A stretch of 52,399 nt of DNA, counting the filler, from Bipalium vagum (taxonomy: Eukaryota), in assembly GCA_037834085.1 (NCBI GenBank). It is 2 parts of 2 records of this genome, joined end to end, with 100 filler letters (N's around TTAATTAATTAA, not from the genome) between each part and the next. Parts side by side here need not be neighbours in the genome. Positions count along the whole stretch, not along the records: positions 1 to 31,968 come from JBBMKC010243708.1; 1 more part is not named here. One strand, written 5' to 3'. Positions within the stretch are counted from its first letter, which is position 1; each line of letters opens with the position of its first letter. Under the pieces are notes generated by a model. The model searched no databases. It saw nothing but the letters and a program-made list of their open reading frames with translations, and was not told the DNA's origin. Position numbers and translations under genes: made by a program. Positions 14,961 to 27,400 of the stretch are shown piece after piece.

Positions 14961-15397
14961 TAGGGCAACCAAAAAATGCAAATTGTTCTAAAAAATTTAA
15001 TTACTTAGTTAAAATATTGTAAAAAATTTCAAAACGTATTTTTAAAATCTTTTATTAAAAATTAGATATGGATTACAAAACTTTATTCAACTGTACAGGT
15101 ATCGGTATTATTCAATCTGTTAAAATAAGAAATATTCCCGATATTTTCTGATTTAAAATGTCTCTGAGGTTGAAGAATGACTTTTAGTATAAACAACCTT
15201 CTTTCGATTTGAATTGAAGTTGAAGTATATTTCATGATATTGTAAATGTATCAAAAATTATTTTTAATTTACTTAATAATAAATTATTATTATTAATTAT
15301 TACGTGCAATTATTTAAAATTGTACCTTTTAATTTTTATTTTTTAAACATTCATTTTTTTGCAACAAATAATGCAAAAAATACATTTGGTTGCCCTA
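14961..15397. mobile_element. Non-autonomous hAT-like MITE (437 bp)
   Basis: Terminal inverted repeats TAGGGCAACCAAA...TTTGGTTGCCCTA; 8-bp flanks GTGATTAC (14953-14960) and GTGATCAC (15398-15405), 7/8 identical, as expected for a hAT target-site duplication; non-coding interior. Confidence 0.75.
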
Positions 15398-17316
15398 GTG
15401 ATCACACAATAAGAAAATTTAAGAAAAATTTAAAATAAAAATATTTAAACATGGTTATATTATTAAATCATTTTTTTAATATTTCAGAAAAATTAATTTT
15501 TGAAAAATTGTGATGAGATAGACTATGAAAACCATATTATTCCGGAAATCTCATATCAATTAATATTCAATTTTTAATACTTTGTTCTTGTGTCAACCAG
15601 TTGAATAGATTTGTAAAATCTTAATTTAAACAAAATTTTGAAATATTTCATTTGCAAAATTGCAATTTGCAAAGATTTTTCATTAACAATAACAAAGTAA
15701 TCACTCTTCTTTCTGAAATTTTACATAATAATAAAGTATTTTAAATAATACAAAAAAGTAATAAAGATAATTTGTTCTATCATTAACCTTTTGTCTTTAA
15801 TGGTGAAAGTTTCAGCAAGAAGAAACTGAAAATCAGCATTGATTTGTCGTTAATTCGTTTAAAAGAATTTTCAAATCTCCTAGATATATTTATTCAATCA
15901 AACAAAATTTTATGAACTCCACATTTACATAAGAATTTACGTAATTGCTGTACTTAAGTATAATTCAAGATAATAAAATTGAGAAAATGTTCAGAGATTG
16001 AAAAAATATGTTTTACTTTCTTCTCATAATAAAAAAATTAACTCTTTGATAAACAATCTTGATTTTATTTTGACAAATCTTTCTTTTCTTTCTGATTGAT
16101 TTCTTTATTTTTTGGACCTTTACAAATTGATACCAAAATAAGATTCAAAATTCGAGATATCTCTTTTACTTCTTTAGACCAGGTAGATTTGTCTTCGACA
16201 TCTTTTATTCATTCAGCTTGGTTCTCCAAATATAGATCACTTAATCTATTGAATTATAATTGTATGTAACGCTCTTTCAGACTGTCTCAATAGGTAACAT
16301 AAGTATTCATTTCTGAAAATGAGACTATCTTAATTTTATCGATATAAATTTAATATAAAATTAGGCAAAAATCATTTGGCACTGAAAATTAGTTCCTTTA
16401 ATCCTAAATTAAACATTTTCATTCAATTTTATTTTATTTATTTATTTCAAAATAATTAACATTTTGAAAATCAATGTTAGATTTGGATTCATTCCCTGAA
16501 ATAATTACGATGTTCAGTGCTTTCAGTGATAATATTATATTTTTTAATCTCTTGGTAATTTAATAATTATCTTTTATATTTTATATTCATACAATATAAA
16601 AATAATTAAACATTATTATATATAATGAGAAACTGTTATTACTTGTTTGCTGGCAAGTAATAAAGGAAATATATTATCAGGTTATTTATGACTGTATTAT
16701 AAATATAAATCATTTTGTATGAGGGCAACGTGGTAATTTTATTAATTAAATATTATATTAAATCATTTTCGGTTTTCCAAAACTTACCAATGATATGATC
16801 ATCTCAATCTTTTTTATCATTAATCTTTTCATTTATTCCCAATGTTTCAAGACAACCAAATTTAGGCTGAATTGTATTACGAGAGAGGATAAGTATTGCT
16901 TTCGTAAATTGGATGGCTTTAAGTAATATTTTTTGTTGTAATATTTTTCATTTTGTTAAGATTTTATGATGGATGTAACTTTTGTAAATGTATAAATAAT
17001 GATGTTATTTGTCAAAAATCGTTTTGTCGATTACATCTGAAACAGAACCCAGTTGAATATTGTCAAAGGATACTGAGAAAAGTATGGTAATATTTTTATT
17101 TAATAATTTTTAAAAACTTAAAAAACGTTTAAAAAGATTTCGACAATACTTGCCTGATTTCCTTTTTTTTAAGAAAAAGATTTTTAATTGGGGCTCTGTA
17201 TTATTATGAATTATTTTACAGACTCAAAAATATCTTTCTTTATTACTATTATTAAGAATATTTTAATTATCATTAAAAAATATGTGAATGATTATTTTTA
17301 TGCAATCATAATATTA

Positions 17317-18150
17317 TACGTGGGTGCTCGGAAAATTTGTTGGAATCGGACACTTAAAGTGATAATCGCTTTATATTCCTGACCCTCTTAAAATCAGAAA
17401 TTTAATTATTATAAATCATTCGAATAAATCTAATACAAAAAATTTGTTTTAAATAGGTAAACATCTGAAATAGGAATTATAAATAAAATATGAACCATTC
17501 ACGGGAAAATTATCGTTCGATGATTTGATGTGATTTTAAATATGATTTTATACGGAATGAATATCTTCATTTAGTATTTCAGGATGAAGAACCATGAAAG
17601 AGCTTGTTTACCCGCATAATTTAACCGTTGACGTATAAGTCTGAAGAATGAATGTGAGAATCGTCCTTTTCAACCACTAATTTTGATAATGTACTTGAAA
17701 TGATTGAAAGTAGTTGACATGTCACAAACTGTGAAATTATGGCATCCATCTGTATGGGCATGAGAGAAAATGAAACCATTTTGTATGGTCATTTGAAGAT
17801 ATCGTTGGGTATCACATCTTGTGAAAAAGAATGTTGTGTTAAATTGTGTAAAAGACGCTCCATAAATTTAATTTACAGTGGTGATGAAAAGTATATTTAT
17901 TCGTACGACTGTGAAAATAAGTAATCAACTTTTTGGATCTTTAAAGGTGATTACAAGCTGACAAAAGGTGTTCGGTCCAGCACTGCTTCAAAGAAGATGG
18001 TCGTCTGTTTTTTCGATTTAAATGGAAACTTTGCAATACCTTTAGAAATACACCTACATACACCTTCAAGAGAACAAAAGAAAACTTCAAGAACTAGATT
18101 GCATCGAACTACTGTCAAATCCAGCCCACATCCAACATTTAGCATCATTT
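17317..18150 (+). mobile_element. Decayed mariner element (5' part)
   Basis: TA-TACGTGGGTG terminus-like sequence; MNHSRENYRSMI*CDFK start at 17490; LIYSGDEKYIYSYD (TGDExW-type first catalytic Asp motif). Confidence 0.75.
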
Positions 18151-18239
18151 GATTTCTGTCTTTTTTATCTATAGTAATTTTCCCTGAGAGTTCCGAGATT
18201 TTTCAATATCGCCGAGATTAAAATGGTAAATTGATAGTT

Positions 18240-18930
18240 CTTTGATCTCATGATAAAAAATGATATCAACGTAAGATTTAAAAACTACCTGAAAGATAGA
18301 TTCAAACTCTAGAACATAATACTCTTTATTTCGAATTATTGTATTTTATTATTATAACTTTACTCACAATTTAATTATTGGAGATGAATTGCTACGTCAA
18401 TAACCAAAATACGAGATTTTGGGTACCGGGAATCCAATAGCGTAACACTTGAGAAGATAATCGGTTCTTACTTTCTTGAGGACGGAAAAAGAAATGCAAT
18501 TACAGTCACAGGTGACAGATATCAAAAATGTTTAAAAATTTCGTGAAATCAGAAATATGTGACATATCTGAAACATGGTGGCAACAAGATGGAGCAGCTG
18601 TACACACTGCCAGAGCAACAATGACAGCTCTTATAAGGTATGTATACAGATAATGGAGTTAAGGCATTGAAAAAGAATAATCTCTCTAAATGCAGATTTT
18701 CAATAACCTACATGTTCACATAACTTAACAGCACCAGACTTTTTCTTTGAGACTACTTAAAAGACGAAGTGTATATTAACAAGCCCAGAGCTATTCAGCA
18801 ACTTAAGAAAAAATTCAAGCAGAACTCCAGGAGCTCTATACATATGTCATAAAATCTGTCATGGAATATGTTTCAAAAAGAACCTTTATTTGCAAAACGA
18901 ATAATGGAGATTATTTTTGTAAAAAAATTT
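18240..18930 (+). mobile_element. Decayed Tc1/mariner-superfamily transposase fragment of a different family
   Basis: WWQQDGAAVHTAR and LTAPDFFL*DYLKDEVYINKPRAIQQLK motifs with stops and frameshifts. Confidence 0.75.
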
Positions 18931-19458
18931 CATAAATAGTAAAAAAATTTTGTTTATTTCATTATTTTATTAGAAACAACGACTCGTACAAGTCGAGGTT
19001 TATTAACAGGCAAAAATCTTAATCAATTTTTAAGCTGAAAGTAAATATTATTCTATTGAGATTTGTCATTATTATCTTTTATCTTTCATTTCTGCGCTAC
19101 TAAAAGAAGTTTATACTACTCTATAACTCTGGCTTGAAAAATTTTCATGAAATACAAAAAATAGTCTTTTTTACAATAAGATTAGTTTACATTGATTTTT
19201 TACAAAGATATCAATCATTTTTTGAAAACATTAACAGTTACAATCATTTGATAAATATATTATACTTGAATCACATTTCTCACCAAACGTCGGAATCTTT
19301 CTCAAAACCATAAGGTTGAGAGAAAATTATTGTCGCTTTTTCATATACTTGCTTTAAAGCAAAAATGCTTTAAAATGTCGACTAATATTTTGCTATTTAT
19401 TGATAAATAATAATAAGACAGGTAAGCCTCTATTAAATTAAAACTTTATTTTATTATT

Positions 19459-20230
19459 TTAGGTTGGTTTTAATAATATAAAACAGGCAATGACAACGGC
19501 GCAAATTATAACTCGCTTGTTTTATGAATATAAGTTAAAGAAAAATGCATCAGAAATACTTGCCAAGCGTTGAGTAATGATTCAGTTACTAAACGAGATA
19601 CTCAGTGTTGGTTCAAACGGTTTTTTTTCTGGGGATACATCCATTGAAGAACAGTCGACCATCAGAGATTGATAAACATTACATAAAACATTAATTTTTT
19701 GTCAAACCTCTTTAAAATCCATGATCGACTCCAACCCTCAACAACCAACTCGCACACTTCCAGATATATTTGGGGTAGACAGACAACAGTTTGTGATCAT
19801 CTTAAACAAATTTGAAAATTAGAAATCTACAAAAATGGGTCCCACATCAATTAAGTGAAAATTTCAAAAATCAGCGATTATCCATTTGCTTTACTTTATT
19901 GCTAAGAAACAAAAATGAGGCTATACTTAAAGTAATTATTGTCTGTGACGAGAAATGAATATTCTTTGACAAAATTGTAGAGTTGGTAGACTAAGATGCT
20001 CAGCCAAGTAGAGTTGCAAAGCAAGGAATTAATCCAAAGAAAGTAATGATGATCATTTGGTGGTCTATAGTTTGTATTATTCATTATGATTTCTTAGATT
20101 TTGTGGAAACGGTCACAGCAGAATCATATTGTCGTCAATTTGATGATTGTCATATAAAACTGAAGCAAACCCGCCCTGTCATCCCTTATTTTTTCACGAT
20201 AACGCTCACCCGCACGTTGCTAAAAATATA
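19459..20230 (+). mobile_element. Decayed mariner element
   Basis: TTAGGTTGGT terminus-like sequence, FYEYKL N-terminal HTH region, WVPHQL linker (about 19836), IIVCDEK*IFFD. Confidence 0.8.
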
Positions 20231-20959
20231 AATAAAACAATTAATAACTCACCGCCTGCTGGCGATGGTTTCTTGGATCGTTAGATAAGGAAAATCCCCA
20301 TAAATGACAGAACATCAAGAAACTCATCCTTGAATTCTGTCGCATTAAAATCATATAAACAAAAAAATCAGCAATTTTTAGTAACTTTAAATTTATTACT
20401 GACAATTCCTCCAACAAAATAAATTTTAAAAATTCAAATTAATCATCTAAATCCCTTCTTCTGAAGAAATAGTTCTTTTCTGTATCTTAAAAATATTCTC
20501 AATAAAATATGATTCAACTGCTTCAGCAGTTCATTGAGGACTCCATTGCCTTTTTATATAGGTCGTTGGTTAGTATACTTATCGGGAAGCCTTAAATCCC
20601 TATTTGGGTGAATATCTCTAAATCAGTCTCTAATTGCGGAATTGATCGAATCTTGATGAGTCGACAGAAATTATTATTATTATTATTATTGAGATTTTAT
20701 TAATTATTATTTAAAATAATATTATAATTTAATTATCATATTATTATATTTATTATTATAATTTAATTATTGTTATTAGATTTCATTTATTATTAATAGT
20801 ATTATTACTAAGGAAATTTCTTATCGTTATTGTAACAGTGATACGATTTTTGTCAAATAGTGTAACTAGGAGAAAGAATTTCATTATCAAAGTGAGATGA
20901 TAAACTCAATCAATTTAAAAATTATTTATATTTTGTGTGATAATAAACATCTTTTTTAG

Positions 20960-22471
20960 AATAAAGAAAAGTACAATAGGTTTGTTCAACTTAGGTTGTT
21001 TAATGGAACACGAGGAACCAGAATGAAAGATAAAGATCGATCCCATAACTCGCATAACACTCTTAGAAATAAAGGAAATAAATCTCTTAAAACTGAATTC
21101 AAAGGACATAAGCAAGAGATTTTCTCGTTAAAACATCGAGCTCAATTAATGAGGAAATTAAAAATTCTGAAGAAAATCTGGAGAAAGAATAAAATTAAAC
21201 AAATTAAATTGTTTAATAAAAGAAAGAAAATTCAAAAAAAATACCAATTTGCAAAACGACAATATTATTCAATAAAACGAGAAGGCACATTTTCCCTAAG
21301 AGCCAAAGTTTTGAAATATAAAGTGAAATATTATCAAAGAAAATTAAGGAAAATTGATGCCAAACTACGATATTTCAGGAACGTTTCTGTGAAGATCCGA
21401 AGACAGATAAACAAGGTCAACAAAACTATGTACATTTACAAAAGCCAATTCCATCACAAGTTACTCGACTTAAGTAAAAATTTCAATGAAAAAATAAAGA
21501 AATTAAACGATCTTAAAAAGTTATACATAAAAGAAAAGGATAATTATAAAAAATTAGTAAATGAAAAAAAAGAACTGATAAAAAAATCATCAACAAAATT
21601 AGAAAGGACCAAGAAGACTAAATTAAAAACCGTTGATAAAAAACTGGAAAGGGAAAAGAACCATTTGAAAAAAGTGAAAAATAAATTCCTAAATTATGAA
21701 GGTGAAAGGAGTACAGTCGAAAAGCCTAAAAGCTCAAAAGGAAAGGTGATCAATGGCAACATAAATACTAAAAGATCAAAAGGTTTGGAAAAATACAATC
21801 GAGAAAACATTCAGGAAATGGAAAATAAAATCCAAAAGTTATCAGAAAGGGCATTTAATGACCGGCCTAAAATCTCCAGATATATCGACATGTATCGGAT
21901 CTTGCAAAATGGAAAATATAAGAGAGCGTTTTTGATGGAAAAGGCGGAGAATGAAAACTTGATTAATATCAGAAAAATCTCACGAAATCTAATCAATATC
22001 CAAAATTATTTGAATAAACATTTACCCGAGGAATCAAACCGGTCTCGAACAAATATTACCGAAAAACTACAGAAAATTTTACCTTTCCTCAAGCATATTA
22101 ACTCAGAGGCCAATATGACCAATATTAATTTCAATGAAGAATACCTAAATCAGAACGAGACCGTTGTCAGAAACCATTTAAAATTGGACCATCTACGAAA
22201 GATTAACGATAGAATTTATAGGAAGCTGTTAAGATTAATGAGGATGAAATACTTGGAAAACAAAATGCACAAACAGCTCAAAGATACTGGTTTTGGAAAG
22301 GAGATGACTTCTGGTTTCATGAAAAATACGCCTCCTACCCATATTGAAAGGGAACTGAAGGGTTACGAAGGGAAAAGAAAATACAGGAAAAGAAAAAGAA
22401 ACAGTTCAAACATGAAATCATTATCCAAATGGATGATTTTGAATTTTGTTGTGATTCTTGTTTATAGATAA
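20960..22471 (+). CDS. Orphan Lys/Arg-rich coiled-coil-like protein with hydrophobic C-terminus; last exon, 5' end uncertain
   Basis: About 1.5 kb stop-free frame in a genome this AT-rich. The frame opens directly after the acceptor-like ctttttttag (20959). A candidate upstream exon 20780-20891 (ag|...|gtgag) is in phase. No recognisable family motif. Confidence 0.7.
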   Translation, partial: NKEKYNRFVQLRLFNGTRGTRMKDKDRSHNSHNTLRNKGNKSLKTEFKGHKQEIFSLKHRAQLMRKLKILKKIWRKNKIKQIKLFNKRKKIQKKYQFAKRQYYSIKREGTFSLRAKVLKYKVKYYQRKLRKIDAKLRYFRNVSVKIRRQINKVNKTMYIYKSQFHHKLLDLSKNFNEKIKKLNDLKKLYIKEKDNYKKLVNEKKELIKKSSTKLERTKKTKLKTVDKKLEREKNHLKKVKNKFLNYEGERSTVEKPKSSKGKVINGNINTKRSKGLEKYNRENIQEMENKIQKLSERAFNDRPKISRYIDMYRILQNGKYKRAFLMEKAENENLINIRKISRNLINIQNYLNKHLPEESNRSRTNITEKLQKILPFLKHINSEANMTNINFNEEYLNQNETVVRNHLKLDHLRKINDRIYRKLLRLMRMKYLENKMHKQLKDTGFGKEMTSGFMKNTPPTHIERELKGYEGKRKYRKRKRNSSNMKSLSKWMILNFVVILVYR

Positions 22472-24492
22472 ACTGGATCTGTGATAATATTTTATAGTTC
22501 CGTTTTTTTCATATTTATGTTTCATATGGTATTTAGAAGATTGTGGTCTTGATTTTTTTATTCTGTCATAAAGCATGATAAGTTAACTCGTTACTTTAAC
22601 TCACATTATTTTATCAATTTTTGCTTTACCCAATTTTAAGCACATTCGAAATCAGCAATCTCAGCTTAGAATCTTTTTTAATAAAAAATTTTAAAAATTA
22701 AAAATGGTGAAAATTCAAACTGTGAGCCAAATCATTTTTATTATTTTCAGTTAAGAATTAACTGAATAAAAATTGGAAAATAATCAGTTCACGTCAATTA
22801 TGTGGGGTATCTAAATCAATGAGGTATTCTCACACCAGTTCAGTTTTTTGTAAATTTTATTTTTGGTGTTTGTGGGTTTCCATGGATTTTCAAAGGTTTT
22901 CAGGTTTTAATAACAATAAAATTGATTAAAGATAATTAAGAAAGTGAAACAAAAATAAACTCAATATTCTTTGACCTGCATATATGCCCTACGTAGACAA
23001 AATATCCCCACACTAAGTTTCTGGACAATCTGAATTAAATGAATTTTTTTTGTTTATAGTTGGCTTTTCAATTTAAGCGAATTCATCACTAACAGAGATA
23101 CCTTTCGGTCTTGTAAACTTTGCCTTGGAACTAAACGTTTTATGATCTCAAATTATTACTAATAATAAGATAATTTTCTGTAATGTGAGTTATATATATA
23201 TATTGTATAAGAACAATGAGATGTGATGATCACTTGTCATTGTTCTTTATTTTTCTAAAAGTATGAAACAAAATGCTTTTGACTAATGGGTTCTTGGTGA
23301 ATATATTTTTATACAGATAATCGAATTTCCCTTTTTCGTTTGAAAATTGTCTTCAACAAATTATGCAAGATTATTTAATATTGAAATAAAGTGACATTCT
23401 AACATTACTTAATTTTAAAATTTAGAGAAATGTATTTCGACTAATTTTAGTAAAGATATTTCATAATTTCTGATTAAAATTAATTTTTTATAATACAATA
23501 CTATCAGAAATTTAAATACTAGAAAATCTTAAAAGTTATAAACAATCTTTTATATGAATTCACAGGTTACATTCTTCTGATACTTAGCAGAAATAGAGAA
23601 AAGGTATCACCAAATTTCACAATGCAACAAATAATATTCTGCAATCAGAACTAATCAAAATATGAAATTGGAAAAATAGGGTGAAGAATCCAACTAAAAA
23701 TTATTTGATAATTTTATTATCAAGTCTGAACTAAAAGCCTAAACGAAATCTTCGGAATTCTGAATTAAATCTTTATACATGCACTTACATAAACATTTAT
23801 AGATATATTAGTCTGAATTTGAAAGATTTTAACTATATCATATTTTAAAACGTTTACAGACATGTAGTATTTTTGTTAGTTCAAATGACTGTTATAGCTA
23901 CCTTGTCTGTCAACCCTCGTGTTTTATAAAGAATGGATGTTTATAGGACATTATTGAAAACCATCTATACAAAGTTAGAGCATCATAAATTCTCATTATT
24001 GTTATTATAAGAAACATAAGTAACAAAATACAGATATCCCTTACAATTGATATTTTATAATAATCAAAGTTTTAGGCTGCTTTTTTGATAACCTAAATAA
24101 ATATTTCTGAATAAAAATATCTTAACACAAATTCTAACACTCAACTTAAACAATACAAATGAGATAATTATTTTAAACTTGAAAACCACAAAATGAAACA
24201 TTCAATATTTCTACGAAACCCATCACCGAACCTAATGGAATTATTGGAAAATTATTTACAAATAGAAATCAAGCACACCAATCAAATGTTTATAAATTTA
24301 TCAATATCACATACTGAGATAAATAATTGATTAAATTTCAATACAAAATCAATAACACAAGTTTTGAAAATCAAATAAAAAATAAATATGGAAACTCCGC
24401 ATAAGATTAAGATGTAGGAATCTCCACAGGACCTAAAACAAAAAAATCTTTTATTTTCCGGTCCCTGTGTGTCGTCGTAAACGTAAAGCTTG

Positions 24493-27400
24493 TCATTTCA
24501 AGTCTTTCAACTGTTTCAAAATTTCCTCGTCCCGCTTATCTTGTTTGTTCTTCTTTATCGATTTCAACAAGGCCGAAAATCCCGTGTCACTATTTCTGGT
24601 TTTTTCCCATAAACTAATGGCGCTCGATTTAAAGACGAGATCGTAAGGATTTCCTGAAAAAAGAGTGACACATCAGTAGTTAAATTTTTCTATTGTGAAA
24701 AGTTTCGATTTGTTTAAAGTTTTGAAAATATTTTATATTAAAAATAAAATCAATAATACAATAAGCTCTGATTAATAACTCAATGTATTTTCTCAACAAA
24801 TCAATGCCTGTGAAACAGAATTTTCTTTGTAAATTATTGAAAACAAAAATTGTTCAAAGTTTCATCAGTTCTTCTTAGAATAATTAATCATCAAGTCTAT
24901 CTCAAGCTTTTCGTTTAAATCACAAATCGTGTGTCAGATTTCTTAGGGAAACAATTTGAGAAATCACAAAGTTCATTGGAAATATAAAAATGACTAAAAT
25001 GAATTTTATTAAATGCCTCATATCATTTATAAAACAGGAAGACTAATTAAAATAATTTTAAAATCCTATTTAAATATATTTATCATGTAGTGGTTTTTAA
25101 TATTAGTTTTTTAAAATTAATCAATATTTAAAAATTTCAATAAATATATTTTGATATAAAATATTATGTTTGAAGTATTATAGAATTTAATCAATTTATT
25201 GATTAATATAAACCACACTAGGTCGCCATGTACAGTCGACTCAAATTAGAACGGATTTGTTCATAACGAATGTTACTTTGGATCTAGTCTGTTTTAACTG
25301 AAATAAATGAAAAATATGACAAAAAAACATCACTTAAAAAAACCCTGGCGTCAGGTCATCTTGTTAATCAGACTTCCTCTTTCAATTAAATAACCCCTTT
25401 AAAATTTTATTCAAAATTGACAAATGACTGAATGAGACTTAACAAAAAAAATTGGTGCAACGAAACTCGATAAATGGGATGAATTTAGTTAGGTTAGGAT
25501 GAATTTCGAGCTGCTAAGTATCATGGGCAGTTTAATTTTTTGAGGTATCTTCAAAAAAAACCCACTGTGTACCCTAGATACCAAAAATGTCAGATACAAT
25601 GTTACAGAGCCTCAAGAAGTTATAAATTTTGAGATTGTACTAGTGAAGTTTTTTTTAAAAAAAATATTGAATTAGATAAGATAACCTAAAATTGAATTAA
25701 AAATATTCATAGAACTTAAAATCAGATCCTTATTAGATTTTCATAAATTGATTAAAAAATCAATATTTTTTCAAATCATTAATTCACAAAATCCATAATA
25801 TTTTTAATTCAGAGAAAATTATAACGTACCAGAATTGTTTATTGATTTTTTTTCAATTTTAAAACTAAAAATTAAATTTTAATGAATAAAAAATTGATGT
25901 CATAGAAAATTTGATTTCTTAATATTTTTAAGTTTTAAGCAATACAAATGAGATAATAATTTTAAACTTGAATAAAATTTTAATAAAAATTTGATATCAA
26001 GATAAAATCAAATGATCATTTGCTCTCATTAAATTTTAAACTATTTATAATAAAAAGAAATAATTTATGAATTATCAAAATATTGCAATTAAAAGAAAAT
26101 TTCAAATACGAAGAACTGTTCATATCACACGTTTCTTCATAAAGAATTTTTAGCATTCTTTTTAAAATACAATAGAAAATGGAAAACCAATATTTAACAG
26201 GTTGGCGGTCATGAACTGACAATGTTCGCCAAAAATTTCTACTGACGATCAAGGACGAGCACCACTAGTCCCTGTTTTTATAGCGTTAGATTCTGATCCT
26301 TAGTCTCAGAAAAAAAATAGTTTAGCCTCTAAATAATAACTTCTACGCTCTATATAACTAAAGAAGAATGGTTATTTTCAACCACGGCAATAATTGACTC
26401 CAGTCAATATGTTAAAGACATTAGAAACACATCGGAAAAAGAAATTCCAGCACAAAAATGACAGTCTCGTTAAGATTGTAAATGATTTCGATTTAAATGA
26501 CAATCAAAGTACACTTACCGGGAGTATTGTAATTTTGAATGTACGTACTCCAATCTGAGAGCAGAACAAGGTCGGTTAATTGTCTCAGTTCTTCAAACAC
26601 GAGAATCATTTTTTCCAGTTTGACACCGGCAACGGGAATTTTTCGAGTGAAATCTTTCAGCGTTTTGATGTCTATCGATAATTGCTGGAGAAATTTTTCC
26701 GATATCCGTGTTTCTCGCTCGATAAAGTTTTTCAATTTGTTATTGATATATTTACAGCACAACAAGCATGCGGTTTGTGCCAACCGAGCTGGCAAATTGG
26801 TAAAAGACTCGAAAGTGCTGCGCAGATAACCGATAACATCTGTTATGAAAACTGACGGCTTTATCATCATCATCAATTGATTGGTGTCGGATGACGACGA
26901 TGATGATGAGATAATCGATGATGTCAGTCCTGGTTTACGACTGGGAGAATTGGTCAGGGAATTACTGGCCGAAGAATGGTGTGAATTGACGTCGCGATAT
27001 TCATTCTCATCAAACATGTCATCGATTTTCGAATATATCGCCTTATAGATGTTGTCTTCGATTTTCGAATACAAATCGCTAAATAGAGCAAATGCGTGCA
27101 GTCGAGATCTGGACCCACTTGTTGTTGTCGTTGTTCCATGATTGTTGTCCTCGGAACTTATCGTGTCAATGGTCGATGATGAATTGTAATGCTGGGAATC
27201 AATGTAAACCGTACCAACAAGAGTCAGAATGAAATTTTGGATGCTTGAACAGGCCGATTTTAGCTCGTCCATATTGACGGCCAGCTGGATCAATCTGTTC
27301 AGCTCTCGCTCAGAATCTTTTACGGCTTTAACCAAAAAAGGCCGCAACGTTTGTGTGAAAAGAATATTGGTTATGTGATTCAATTGGTCTTCAAGCTCGG

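Noticed and set aside
22802-23011. GTGGGGTAT / ATATCCCCAC inverted pair
   Set aside because: Too short and imperfect to define a MITE.
25215-25646. CACTAG...CTAGTG ends suggesting a CACTA element
   Set aside because: Only 6 bp of inverted match and no 3-bp target duplication.
26539-26829. Plus-strand ORFs overlapping EXOC6 (also 28696-28995, 28850-29062, 29598-29828) and antisense ORFs over OSBP and LAR exons
   Set aside because: Shadow frames of real exons, with no independent motifs.
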